Origin: Candidatus Lloydbacteria bacterium
GTDB taxonomy: Bacteria > Patescibacteriota > Minisyncoccia > Phycocordibacterales > UBA6899
DNA: 60,096 nucleotides
Direction: 5' to 3'
Assembly: GCA_043744595.1 (NCBI GenBank)
Contig: JAYTVK010000075.1
Location: 1 to 60,096, forward strand
Shown: positions 7,929-17,454 of the stretch, piece by piece
Layout of the letters: every line of letters starts with the position of its first letter
Numbering within the stretch: position 1 is the stretch's first letter
Notes under the pieces: model-generated
Databases searched by the model: none
What the model saw: the letters and a program-made list of their open reading frames with translations, nothing else
What the model was told of the DNA's origin: nothing
Made by a program: the position numbers and the translations under genes

Positions 7929-9059
7929 ATGAGAAAGCAAAAAGTCTTTTTTCTATATTTCCTTTCTATACTTACGGGAGGTTTGTTGTTTTGCCATACC
8001 GTTTCCGCACAAGAACTTGTCCCCGATAAGATCACTACAGTAAAGGCGGAAGTGATTGAGATCACCGCACAATCAACAACGACAGTTCCTGGTACTGACG
8101 TGCCTGCGATCAATCAAACGATCAGCGCAAAGATACTCGAAGGGACAGAACAAGGGACGATCGTCATTGTTGAAAATGATTACATCAATCTGCAAAAGGG
8201 TGAAGTGTTTTATATGAATCATGTGACGAATAGTCTCGACGGAAGAGATGAATATAATGTGTCAGAACCGTATCGTTTGGCCGCCATATATTTCTTTGTC
8301 GGACTCTTCGTGCTCTGTGTCATCGTCTTTGGCGGCAAGCAGGGGATACGCGGACTCCTCTCGCTCATTGGTAGCTTATTCATTATTTTGTATGTGCTCT
8401 TGCCAGCGATTATTGGGGGCTATCCGCCGGTACTCGTATCTATCGGAGTCTCATCGCTCATCATTATTGTCGGTTCATATATCACCCATGGGTTCAGTCG
8501 CACCACTACATCAGCAGTCGCGGGGATGATCACGACCATCATCTTCACCGGAGCATTAGCGTACGCTGCGGTGAAATTCACTCGACTTACCGGATTCAAT
8601 ACGGAAGAAGCGGTATATCTGAACTTCAATACGCATGGTGCGGTGAATTTCGGAGGACTTCTCCTTGGCGGCATCATGATAGGACTTCTCGGCGTGCTTT
8701 ATGACGTATCGATCGGTCAGGCGATCGCAGTCGAGGAACTTCATCACGCGGGAGTGCACTATTCTCGAAGAACCGTCTTTACCCGCGCGTTGCGCATCGG
8801 TCGCGAACACATTGGTGCACTGGTGAATACACTTGCCATCGCGTATGTCGGTGCGTCACTCCCGCTACTCCTCTTGTACTACACTTCGCAAGCAGATTGG
8901 CATATCACACTGAATCAAGAGATATTTGCCACCGAGATCATTCGCATTATGATCGGGTCGATCGGACTCGTGCTTGCGGTGCCTATCACCACACTCATTT
9001 CAGTACTTATGGTGGTGAAAAGTCAAAAAACCATCAATCACGATAATCAGAGTCACTGA
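7929..9059 (+). CDS. YibE/F family membrane protein (paralogue 2)
   Basis: Same architecture as paralogue 1: GSYITHGFSRTTTSAV and RIGREHIGALVNTLAIAYVGA. Confidence 0.75.
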   Translation: MRKQKVFFLYFLSILTGGLLFCHTVSAQELVPDKITTVKAEVIEITAQSTTTVPGTDVPAINQTISAKILEGTEQGTIVIVENDYINLQKGEVFYMNHVTNSLDGRDEYNVSEPYRLAAIYFFVGLFVLCVIVFGGKQGIRGLLSLIGSLFIILYVLLPAIIGGYPPVLVSIGVSSLIIIVGSYITHGFSRTTTSAVAGMITTIIFTGALAYAAVKFTRLTGFNTEEAVYLNFNTHGAVNFGGLLLGGIMIGLLGVLYDVSIGQAIAVEELHHAGVHYSRRTVFTRALRIGREHIGALVNTLAIAYVGASLPLLLLYYTSQADWHITLNQEIFATEIIRIMIGSIGLVLAVPITTLISVLMVVKSQKTINHDNQSH

Positions 9060-9243
9060 TTATCTGCTAGGTAAATTTCCTTTTGATTTAGAAATATTTT
9101 ATGTTTCAACAAGTAAGTAGATCTCGCTTTCAAGGTCAGTAGCTTCTCGTAAGATGTACTTTGCGTAGTCCCGAACATCCATATCCCTAGCGGTGAACAG
9201 TGAGAGAGTGCTTGGTCTATGCAACTTAAGATATAATATCTCT

Positions 9244-9786
9244 ATGGCTCTATATGATGCGACAATGAAAGACGGTACGTGCATTTTTTGCGATATTATC
9301 CGCAAAAATGACCCCAATGTGATCCTCTGGGAGGACACAAAGCACGCCGCATTTCTTTCGATCGACCCCAATACTCCAGGCTTCACACTGGTTGTCCCTA
9401 AGCAGCATTACGGTAGCGATATCTTAGGCATGCCGGATGAAGCACTGCGAGACTTTATTGTTGCCGCGAAGAACGTATCAGAAGTACTAAAAAACTTTTA
9501 TGAGTCGGTCGGAAGAGTAGGTCTTATTATGGAAGGCACAGGGATCGACCATGCGCATATAAAACTTATTCCGATGCATGGAACAGAACACATGAAGAAA
9601 GGGGAGTGGAAGCAGATGTTTTCAGATGCCGAGCATTGGTTTGAAACATACGAGGGATGGCTTTCTTCGGCAGGAGGTCCCATGGCGGATCGCGCACAAC
9701 TCACCGAACTCACCACACGGATAAAAAACTCTCAAAAGACTTCCGTAGGCGGGAAATTCGACGTGCATAGTCCACATAAAAAGTAG
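9244..9786 (+). CDS. HIT (histidine triad) family protein
   Basis: CIFCDII near the N-terminus and the triad DHAHIKLIPMH. Start moved to ATG 9244, downstream of a TATAAT at 9233-9238. Confidence 0.75.
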   Translation: MALYDATMKDGTCIFCDIIRKNDPNVILWEDTKHAAFLSIDPNTPGFTLVVPKQHYGSDILGMPDEALRDFIVAAKNVSEVLKNFYESVGRVGLIMEGTGIDHAHIKLIPMHGTEHMKKGEWKQMFSDAEHWFETYEGWLSSAGGPMADRAQLTELTTRIKNSQKTSVGGKFDVHSPHKK

Positions 9787-9792
9787 TCCAAC

Positions 9793-10137
9793 ATGAAACG
9801 CATACTCACACTCGAATTCGTCGCGCTGTTCGTCTTTTCGATATTCCTTTTTTCGCTCTTGCCATATCCGTGGTGGTGGTACCCACTGCTCTTCCTTATC
9901 CCGGATGTCAGCATGGTCGGATATCTTTTCGACACGCGCATCGGTGCATTTACCTACAACATCATCCACACACTTACGACGGGTATCATCGTCTATCTTG
10001 CGGGGATATATCTTGGCTCGAACTTCGCCACTCTTGCGGGCGTCATACTCATTGCGCACTCGACATTCGATCGTTTCATGGGGTATGGGCTCAAATACAC
10101 TGATTCGTTCAAACATACGCACCTGGGAAATCTATAG
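9793..10137 (+). CDS. DUF4260-like small membrane protein
   Basis: Three to four TM segments, C-terminal DRFMGYGLKY..FKHTHLG. Confidence 0.5.
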   Translation: MKRILTLEFVALFVFSIFLFSLLPYPWWWYPLLFLIPDVSMVGYLFDTRIGAFTYNIIHTLTTGIIVYLAGIYLGSNFATLAGVILIAHSTFDRFMGYGLKYTDSFKHTHLGNL

Positions 10138-10205
10138 TTAAGCGCGTATTACTTCGTCTTTCCCTCACCTAAGAAAAGAGTACAATAGGTCGATTAGCCA
10201 TAAAC

Positions 10206-10526
10206 ATGCCGTCTATGAGATCATGTATCACCTGCGGAATGCCGTTCGAGGGGGATCACGTAAGTGACATCGGGCTCGAATTGCCGGACGGACCGGTATG
10301 TAAATTCGACGTACAGGACGGAAAATTAAAAAGCTCGAAAGAGATCTTCGATGGCGGTGTGCTCTTTTTTGCCGCTGAAGTCACGCAGGGAGACAATATA
10401 CTTGCAGAAAAGCTGACCCGCAAGAACATGAAGTCGCTGATCTATTGGCAGCATCATCCGTTCGCTGAACTTGAAGGAGTGGAAGCGACCGATGAAGAAT
10501 TCGCGGAGGCCATGATGAAACTGTAA
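10206..10526 (+). CDS. Putative zinc-ribbon domain protein
   Basis: N-terminal CITCGMP followed by a second Cys (VCKF). Small soluble protein. Confidence 0.45.
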   Translation: MPSMRSCITCGMPFEGDHVSDIGLELPDGPVCKFDVQDGKLKSSKEIFDGGVLFFAAEVTQGDNILAEKLTRKNMKSLIYWQHHPFAELEGVEATDEEFAEAMMKL

Positions 10527-10557
10527 AGGAGAAGCTTTAAAAAACCTAAATACCACT

Positions 10558-11022
10558 ATGCAAAAAATAGCACCATTCCTCTGGTTTGAAAAAAGCGCGA
10601 AAGAAGCTGCAGAATTCTATGTCGAAGTGTTCGGTCCGAATGCAAAGATCACATCGTCGCAAATAATGGAGGGGACACCTTCCGGCACGGTCGAGATCAT
10701 GGGCATCAGCCTCTTGGGTCAGGAATTCACACTCATGGCCGCGGGTCCGTACCAAAAGATCAATGCGGCTATATCATTTGTGATCAGTTGCGAAGATCAG
10801 AAAGAAGTCGATCACTACTGGGAGAAACTTTCTTCAGTGAAAGAGGCAGAGCAATGTGGCTGGCTCACAGATAAGTTCGGAGTCACTTGGCAGGTAGTAC
10901 CGACCGCGCTACATCGGTTGATGGGAGACCCAGATAGGGTGAAGGCTGGACGCGTGCAGGCGGCAATGATGCAGATGAAAAAGATCGTCATCGCTGACCT
11001 TGAGAAGGCATACCGGGGATAA
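10558..11022 (+). CDS. VOC / PhnB-like (3-demethylubiquinone-9 3-methyltransferase domain) protein
   Basis: IAPFLWFE..AEEAAEFY, a run of FVISCEDQKEVDHYWEKL, and CGWLTDKFGVTWQVVP, characteristic of this family. Confidence 0.7.
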   Translation: MQKIAPFLWFEKSAKEAAEFYVEVFGPNAKITSSQIMEGTPSGTVEIMGISLLGQEFTLMAAGPYQKINAAISFVISCEDQKEVDHYWEKLSSVKEAEQCGWLTDKFGVTWQVVPTALHRLMGDPDRVKAGRVQAAMMQMKKIVIADLEKAYRG

Positions 11023-11175
11023 CTTTGACGTCACAAAAAAACTATAGCAGTGTTAGTAAAGGATACAATCCATCCTTTGCTTCGTCGGCACTCGGTCGAA
11101 GTTGGAATGAGGACATTTCCACTTCTTCCTCGTTTGACGAAGTAAAACGCTATTATAAAGTGATATAATTACATT

Positions 11176-12126
11176 ATGAAAACCTCAAAAGCCTTAGCAA
11201 TAGCCACATTTCTGATTATTTTGGCCGTACTCGCACTTCTTTCACTCGCTATGTATATGGAGCCTAAGGAAGAAACTGCTCCTGTATCTGATGTAGCGAC
11301 ACCAGTGCCGACAGCCACGGTCCATTATATGTATATGTGCGATCTTCAAAAAACTATCGACGCATCTTTTTATGAAGGAACGAGCAGTGAAAAAGTGGTC
11401 ACAGGCGAAATGCCAAAGCCCTCCGGCTGGGCAGAGGTCTCGCTTTCTGGTGCATCGTCAATACATCTTCCGCAGACCATTTCTGCCGATGGCGGACGCT
11501 ATGCGAATGCCGATGAGTCGCTGGTGTTCTGGAGTAAGGGACGCGGTGCGATGGTGCTCGAGGGTGGCAAAGAGAAAAATTATACTCATTGTATCGAAGT
11601 AGTGGCCAACCCCAATATGGGGACGGTGTATCACAATGGGAAAGAGGGGATCACCTTACGCTATCCAAAAGACTATACGGTCAATGAATCGTACAAGTAT
11701 CAGGCTCTTGGACCCGGCAAAGAAATCAGTGGTGTCAGCTTCACTATTCCCGCACGGATAGCTTCCGGCACCAATCTTTCGACAGATTCAAAGATCAGTA
11801 TTGAATTCCTCTCTGCTAATGATACTCATGACAGCACGAGTGAATGCGACGCGAAGCTGTTCGTGCCAGAAGGCGTGAAGTCGGTCGAGATGAGTGATGG
11901 AGATATGACGTACTCGGTGGCATCAACGAATGATGCCGGAGCAGGGAATCGTTATGAAGAGAAGGTGTACACACTTCCTGGAACAAATCCTTGTATTGCG
12001 CTGCGCTATTTCATTCACTACGGTGCGATAGAGAACTACGCTCCGGGAGACGTAAGAGAATTCGACAAAGCAGCGCTCATCTCAGAGTTCGATAGTATTC
12101 GCCGGACACTCGTGGTCGTACAATAA
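11176..12126 (+). CDS. Membrane-anchored protein with MliC-like N-domain plus an unknown C-domain
   Basis: Pattern Y-x-C ... LPQTISADGGRYA ... FWSKGRGA ... C resembles the MliC lysozyme-inhibitor fold. Its stop TAA directly abuts the ATG of the next gene. Confidence 0.45.
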   Translation: MKTSKALAIATFLIILAVLALLSLAMYMEPKEETAPVSDVATPVPTATVHYMYMCDLQKTIDASFYEGTSSEKVVTGEMPKPSGWAEVSLSGASSIHLPQTISADGGRYANADESLVFWSKGRGAMVLEGGKEKNYTHCIEVVANPNMGTVYHNGKEGITLRYPKDYTVNESYKYQALGPGKEISGVSFTIPARIASGTNLSTDSKISIEFLSANDTHDSTSECDAKLFVPEGVKSVEMSDGDMTYSVASTNDAGAGNRYEEKVYTLPGTNPCIALRYFIHYGAIENYAPGDVREFDKAALISEFDSIRRTLVVVQ

Positions 12127-13872
12127 ATGGAAAAACAAACGGACACAAAATCTACGCCGCGGGAGGAGGGACTCTTCAGTATCCTTGGTGCATACAAGGG
12201 ACTTGTTTTCGCTTTGGTCATCTTCACGGTGCTCGGCAATGCACTCAACTTGGTGATGCCAAAGATAGTGGCGCGGGCAATTGATAATTTTTCTGCCGGT
12301 GACTTCGATCTGACCGCTACATCGATACAATTCCTACTGATAGCGCTTGGGGTCTTCTTCTTTTCATACCTGCAGAATATCGTGCAGACCTATGCGTCCG
12401 AGAAGGTGGCACGCGACCTGCGTGATAGGTTCATCGCGAAGCTATCGCTCAAGGAGTATGCATATATCGAAGAAGTCACACCTTCAAAACTGCTGACCAA
12501 TCTCACCTCCGACATCGACGCGGTGAAGAATTTCGTTTCGCAAGCCATCGCTTCACTCATCTCATCTGTCTTCCTCATCATCGGCGCAAGTGTGCTGCTC
12601 CTCATGATCGACTGGAGGCTCGCGCTCGCTGTGCTTGTCATCGTACCGGTCATTGGCATCACGTTCTTTGTTGTCCTCGGTAAGGTGCGCAAGTTGTTCA
12701 AGCGAGCACAGGAAGCGATTGACTGGCTCAATAAAGTGATAAACGAAAGCATTCTCGGGGCGGCACTCATTCGGCTACTCAATTCGCAGCAGTATGAATA
12801 TCAAAAGTTCATCGACGCCAACAGCGAGGCGAAGAGCATCAGTATGAGCATTCTGCGACTTTTCGCGACACTCATCCCGGTCATCATGTTCACTACCAAC
12901 CTGGCGACACTCATCATCCTCACACTCGGCGGACATTTTGTGATAAATGACAGCATGACCCTCGGCGGATTCAGTGCGTTCAACAGCTATCTCGCCATAC
13001 TGGTGTTTCCCATCATCCTCATCGGCTTCATGAGTAATGTCATTGCCCAGGCGCAGGCGTCGTATACACGCATACGAGAAGTGCTTTCATCGACAGAGAG
13101 CAAAGAAAGCGGGACACTCACCGGCGCTATCCGCGGCGATGTGTCAGTCGAAGGTGTTTCGCTCGTGTTCGGGGAACGCGCAGCGCTCAAAAATATTTCT
13201 TTCGAAGTGAAGGCCGGGACGAAGACAGCGATCATCGGTCCGACCGCAGCAGGGAAGACCCAGCTCCTGTACGCGATGTGCGGACTCGTGAAGATAACCG
13301 AAGGAACCGTGCGCTACGACGGCAAGCCCGTCGCAGCATACAAAAAAGAAACCCTGCACAGCCAGAGCGGTATCGTATTTCAGGACAGCATCATGTTCAA
13401 TCTCTCCCTACGCGAAAATATCGCATTTAATAACGAAGTAGAAGACCAGAGTCTCGAGAAGGCGATCGCTACCGCCGAACTCACTGATTTCATCAAAGAG
13501 CTTCCTGGGGGACTGGACACACTTGTCTCCGAGCGCGGCACCAGCCTTTCTGGCGGACAGAAGCAACGCATCATGCTCGCGCGTGCCTTGGCGCTCGATC
13601 CGAAGATACTCTACCTCGACGATTTCACTGCACGTGTCGACAATGCGACCGAGAAAAAGATCTTGGCCAATGTCACGAAGAATTATCCGGGGCTGACCCT
13701 CGTCTCGGTGACCCAAAAAATAGCTCCGATCGAAGACTATGACCAAGTGATACTTTTGGTCGAAGGGGAAGTACTCGGAGTAGGCACACACAAAGAGCTA
13801 ATGGAGTCTGTCCCAGAGTATGTGCAGATCTACGATTCACAGCAAAGTACTGAGAATTATGAAGCGCCATGA
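12127..13872 (+). CDS. Heterodimeric ABC exporter subunit (TMD-NBD) with degenerate Walker B
   Basis: 6-TM exporter domain, Walker A GPTAAGKT, signature LSGGQ. Walker B is ILYLDDF, with Asp where the catalytic Glu is expected. Confidence 0.85.
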   Translation: MEKQTDTKSTPREEGLFSILGAYKGLVFALVIFTVLGNALNLVMPKIVARAIDNFSAGDFDLTATSIQFLLIALGVFFFSYLQNIVQTYASEKVARDLRDRFIAKLSLKEYAYIEEVTPSKLLTNLTSDIDAVKNFVSQAIASLISSVFLIIGASVLLLMIDWRLALAVLVIVPVIGITFFVVLGKVRKLFKRAQEAIDWLNKVINESILGAALIRLLNSQQYEYQKFIDANSEAKSISMSILRLFATLIPVIMFTTNLATLIILTLGGHFVINDSMTLGGFSAFNSYLAILVFPIILIGFMSNVIAQAQASYTRIREVLSSTESKESGTLTGAIRGDVSVEGVSLVFGERAALKNISFEVKAGTKTAIIGPTAAGKTQLLYAMCGLVKITEGTVRYDGKPVAAYKKETLHSQSGIVFQDSIMFNLSLRENIAFNNEVEDQSLEKAIATAELTDFIKELPGGLDTLVSERGTSLSGGQKQRIMLARALALDPKILYLDDFTARVDNATEKKILANVTKNYPGLTLVSVTQKIAPIEDYDQVILLVEGEVLGVGTHKELMESVPEYVQIYDSQQSTENYEAP

Positions 13873-15629
13873 ACTATGAACTGAATACAACTTCAAACAC
13901 ACAAGCAAAAAGCGGGATGCTCTCCGGGATCGCGCGCGTCTTGCCGTTCATGCCAGGGGAAGGCAGAAACGGAGCCGTTGCGCTCGCGGGCATCTTGGTG
14001 AACTCGCTCGCCTCACTCGTCGGACCAATCATCATCGCGCATGCGGTCGATGTCTCGGTAGGAGGGAAAGATATGCACGGGGTCCTCATGTGGGCACTCC
14101 TCCTGCTTGCGATATATCTGGTCGGTCTCTATGCGAGCTATAAACAGACCATCACCATGGGCGGCATCGGTAGACGCGTGCTCTTCAACATGCGTAACGG
14201 GCTGTTCAATAAATTGCAGTCACTCCCAGTTGCATTCTTCAATCAAAATAAGTCAGGCGATCTTATCTCGCGCATCAATAATGACACCGATAAGCTCAAT
14301 CAATTCTTCGCGCAGGCCCTGATGCAGTTCATCGGCAATTTGTTCATGATAGTGGGTGCGGGCATCTTCCTTGTCGCTATCAATTGGAAGCTTGGACTCT
14401 TGGCGCTGTTGCCGGCGCTACTCGTGCTTATCGTCACCCGGCTCATTTCACCTTGGGTGAAGAGTGTGAACTTCAAAAGCCTGCAGAGCCTCGGCGGTAT
14501 GAGCGGTGAGATACAAGAGAGTATCAGTAACTTCAAGGTCATCGTGGTGTTCAACCGTCTCGACTATTTCCGCGACAAATTCAGCGAAGCGAACCAGAAG
14601 AACTTCACGGCTGCTATCAGTGCAGGTGTTGCCAATAATATTTTTACACCGCTCTATACGCTGGCGGCAGGACTAGCGCAGCTCGCGGTCCTCTACTACG
14701 GCATCCACATGATCACTGCGGGTAGCTTTAGCGTAGGACTCCTGATCGGATTTCTGCTGTATGTGAATAGCTTCTACTTCCCGCTAAGGCAACTCGCGAG
14801 TGTCTGGTCGTCCTTCCAGCAGGCACTGGCGGCCCTTGATCGTATCTCCGAAGTCTTGGCACTCAATTCGAATATGGAAACGGTCGTTTCTGCTGAAATA
14901 AAAGATGCATCAGCTGTACTTGAATTTCGTGATGTGTCATTCCACTACACCGACGGTAGACAAGTGCTTACCCATGCATCTTTTGCACTCGAAAAAGGCA
15001 AGACCTACGCGCTCGTGGGCCCTACCGGGGGAGGCAAGACCACGACCGCATCACTTATGGCGCGTCTCTACGATCCGACCGAGGGCACGGTACTTCTCAA
15101 TGGTCGTGACATCAGAGCCTATACTCCGGAGGAGAGGGTACATAAGGTAGGATTCATCCTTCAGGAACCATATCTCTTCACCGGTACGGTACGCGAAAAC
15201 ATCTTGTATGCGAATGAGAAGTATAAGACATACACGAGCGAAGAGTTTGTGAAGCACCTTGAAACGACCGGACTCGCGGACCTACTCTCGCGTTTTGAGA
15301 AGGGAATAGAGACCAAAGTCTCACTTAGCGGGGATGTCATCAGCCTCGGTCAAAAGCAGATTATCGCGTTCATGCGTGCGGTGCTGCGCGAACCGGAGCT
15401 GCTCATACTCGACGAAGCGACCGCGAACATCGACACGGTGACCGAACAGCAGCTTGAACACATAGTCGAGAAGCTACCCAAAAGTACGACCAGAGTGATC
15501 ATTGCTCATCGACTGAACACCATCCGCGGAGCTGATGAGATATTTTTCGTAAACGGTAGCGCCATCACACGCGCCGGCTCCATGGAGAATGCGCTCGACA
15601 TGCTGCTCCACGGCAAGCGCTCGAGCTAG
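13869..15629 (+). CDS. Heterodimeric ABC exporter subunit (TMD-NBD) with degenerate signature
   Basis: Walker A GPTGGGKTT, Walker B LLILDEAT (consensus Glu), signature ISLGQKQ instead of LSGGQ. Overlaps the partner gene by 4 nt. Confidence 0.85.
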   Translation: MNYELNTTSNTQAKSGMLSGIARVLPFMPGEGRNGAVALAGILVNSLASLVGPIIIAHAVDVSVGGKDMHGVLMWALLLLAIYLVGLYASYKQTITMGGIGRRVLFNMRNGLFNKLQSLPVAFFNQNKSGDLISRINNDTDKLNQFFAQALMQFIGNLFMIVGAGIFLVAINWKLGLLALLPALLVLIVTRLISPWVKSVNFKSLQSLGGMSGEIQESISNFKVIVVFNRLDYFRDKFSEANQKNFTAAISAGVANNIFTPLYTLAAGLAQLAVLYYGIHMITAGSFSVGLLIGFLLYVNSFYFPLRQLASVWSSFQQALAALDRISEVLALNSNMETVVSAEIKDASAVLEFRDVSFHYTDGRQVLTHASFALEKGKTYALVGPTGGGKTTTASLMARLYDPTEGTVLLNGRDIRAYTPEERVHKVGFILQEPYLFTGTVRENILYANEKYKTYTSEEFVKHLETTGLADLLSRFEKGIETKVSLSGDVISLGQKQIIAFMRAVLREPELLILDEATANIDTVTEQQLEHIVEKLPKSTTRVIIAHRLNTIRGADEIFFVNGSAITRAGSMENALDMLLHGKRSS

Positions 15630-15657
15630 TCGGTATCATCCACTATGCACCGTGCTC

Positions 15658-16368
15658 TCAAAGTCTTTTGATCTCTTTGATCAGTGGTTCGCTTCCGTCT
15701 TGTTCGTCCACATAATGCACAATGACATTCATTCCTGGCGTGAAGATTCCTGTACTATCAGATATTCTGAATACTTTCGCCGATGAGTCATTTTGGATCG
15801 TTATTATCGTGTCGTCTTCACTGGTCGTTGAAGTGATGATAGTTCCAGAAAAATAAAAGTTTTCATTCATATCATTTTCTATCCCTTCTTCAATACCTGA
15901 GCGTATGGGTAGCATATGGGTGATACTGTGTGTCGTTTCTCCTATAAAATCACCCCATGGATCGATAGTGCTTTCAGAAAAGATCACTAGTCCTACAGAT
16001 ATCCCTGCAACAGTGGCGAATAGTCCGACAAAAAGCCAGAGACGCTCCTTCACGAGCGGCCAGTCGGTCTGACGATAGACTGTGTAAATTCCACCTATTC
16101 CGACAAGAGATATGACTAAAAATTCGAATAGAAAATTTGTCATATTTTCGACAAAAGGACTATTGGTGAATTCAAACATGCTTTTTTTCTCACCGAAATC
16201 ATAAAGAAAAAAACTCATTGCAAGTGTGGCCGTGAAGAAGAACAGCAACACAAGGCACACTTTTGTCGCAGTCATGGCTCTTCCGTACCAGCGACCGCGC
16301 GGTGCAGTAGCCCTGATGTTTTCGGTGATCTTATCCAATAGCTGATCGTCGCGGTGTTCTTTTTTCAT
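15658..16368 (-). CDS. 3-TM membrane protein partnered with an ECF sigma factor (putative anti-sigma/sensor)
   Basis: Start placed at ATG 16368 (MKKEHRDD), 1 nt after the sigma gene stop. Three TM segments and a beta-rich C-domain. Paralogous architecture to 20375..21073. Confidence 0.55.
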   Translation of the reverse strand: MKKEHRDDQLLDKITENIRATAPRGRWYGRAMTATKVCLVLLFFFTATLAMSFFLYDFGEKKSMFEFTNSPFVENMTNFLFEFLVISLVGIGGIYTVYRQTDWPLVKERLWLFVGLFATVAGISVGLVIFSESTIDPWGDFIGETTHSITHMLPIRSGIEEGIENDMNENFYFSGTIITSTTSEDDTIITIQNDSSAKVFRISDSTGIFTPGMNVIVHYVDEQDGSEPLIKEIKRL

Positions 16369-16369
16369 A

Positions 16370-16894
16370 TTATTCTTGAGGATACTGTTTGCGAATACGT
16401 TCCCTGATACGTTTGATCCTGACCGCAAGAGTATTCGGGCGTATCTTTAACATAGCAGACATTTCATCAAGTGAAAGTTCTTCAAGGTAAAAAAGTGTCA
16501 GAAGATTACGTTCCTCAATATCAAGATAGCTGAGTATGTGTTCAACATAGTCTTTTTCTTCATATTGTTTTGTCGGATCAAACGACGCGTGATACTCCTC
16601 GATCTCGATCGTCTGAGTCCGGGTTTTCTTACGCATCAGATCTATTGCTTGATTATGAGCTATTCGGTAGATCCATGCCGAGAAAGAGAGGTTGGTTGAA
16701 TAGGTCGCAAGGTGTACATACGCCCTCATGAATGTTTCAGATAAACATTCCTCAACGTCATGGACATTCCCGTTCAATAAGCGATCCAGGTATCTTGAAA
16801 GTTTAGGATAATAACGTGTGACAAGCTTGGTAAAATACTCTTTACTGACATCAAGAGTCAAATCAACTAATTCGTTATCGGAGTACTCTTGCAT
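16370..16894 (-). CDS. ECF-type RNA polymerase sigma factor
   Basis: Region 2 (FSAWIYRIAHNQAIDLMRK) and region 4 (LSLDEMSAMLKIRPNTLAVRIKRIRERI). Confidence 0.85.
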   Translation of the reverse strand: MQEYSDNELVDLTLDVSKEYFTKLVTRYYPKLSRYLDRLLNGNVHDVEECLSETFMRAYVHLATYSTNLSFSAWIYRIAHNQAIDLMRKKTRTQTIEIEEYHASFDPTKQYEEKDYVEHILSYLDIEERNLLTLFYLEELSLDEMSAMLKIRPNTLAVRIKRIRERIRKQYPQE

Positions 16895-16956
16895 GGTGTG
16901 TATGCTAACACACTCGCCGATGAAGACGAGTGTGTGTATGTTTTGTACGATCAGTG

Positions 16957-17367
16957 CTAGTCGTTCGCTTCTTCTGATCCACCGTCATGTCCTTCTGCTG
17001 CTTCACTTGCATCATGAGCGGCTTTCTCTGCAGGAGTAAGGGTAGACTCGCGTGCGTCATTCATCTCAGCACCATCCTTGCCATCATTCATGTTCGTGCC
17101 GTCTCCGTCACCACCTGCAGATTCAGTGGCTTCCTTCGCAGCTTTCTGTGCGGGTGTCATCGCTCTTTCAGCAGCTTTTTCTGCTGCGTCATTTTCTTCG
17201 GTGACGCCTGCTTTAGTTGCGTCGATAGCCGATGCTGAACTTCCTATAGGATCTGTGTTCGTAGCATCGGCGGAGGCATAGTGTGCGAGCATCCCGACAC
17301 CCCCAAGCACCAGTCCCAGAGCAAGCATCCCAACCTGAATAGTTTTTTGTGTCATATATTGCTTCAT
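16957..17367 (-). CDS. Secreted Ala/Glu/Asp-rich repeat protein, hypothetical
   Basis: Signal/anchor segment, then repeated TPAQKAAKEA / TPAEKAAHDA units. Low-complexity acidic sequence. Confidence 0.5.
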   Translation of the reverse strand: MKQYMTQKTIQVGMLALGLVLGGVGMLAHYASADATNTDPIGSSASAIDATKAGVTEENDAAEKAAERAMTPAQKAAKEATESAGGDGDGTNMNDGKDGAEMNDARESTLTPAEKAAHDASEAAEGHDGGSEEAND

Positions 17368-17454
17368 GTTAACGTAATAACAAATAACTGGTCATTAGCG
17401 CGTCCGCTTGGCTGATCCGTTATCTGCCTATTATTACGTCTTATCAATAGAAAT

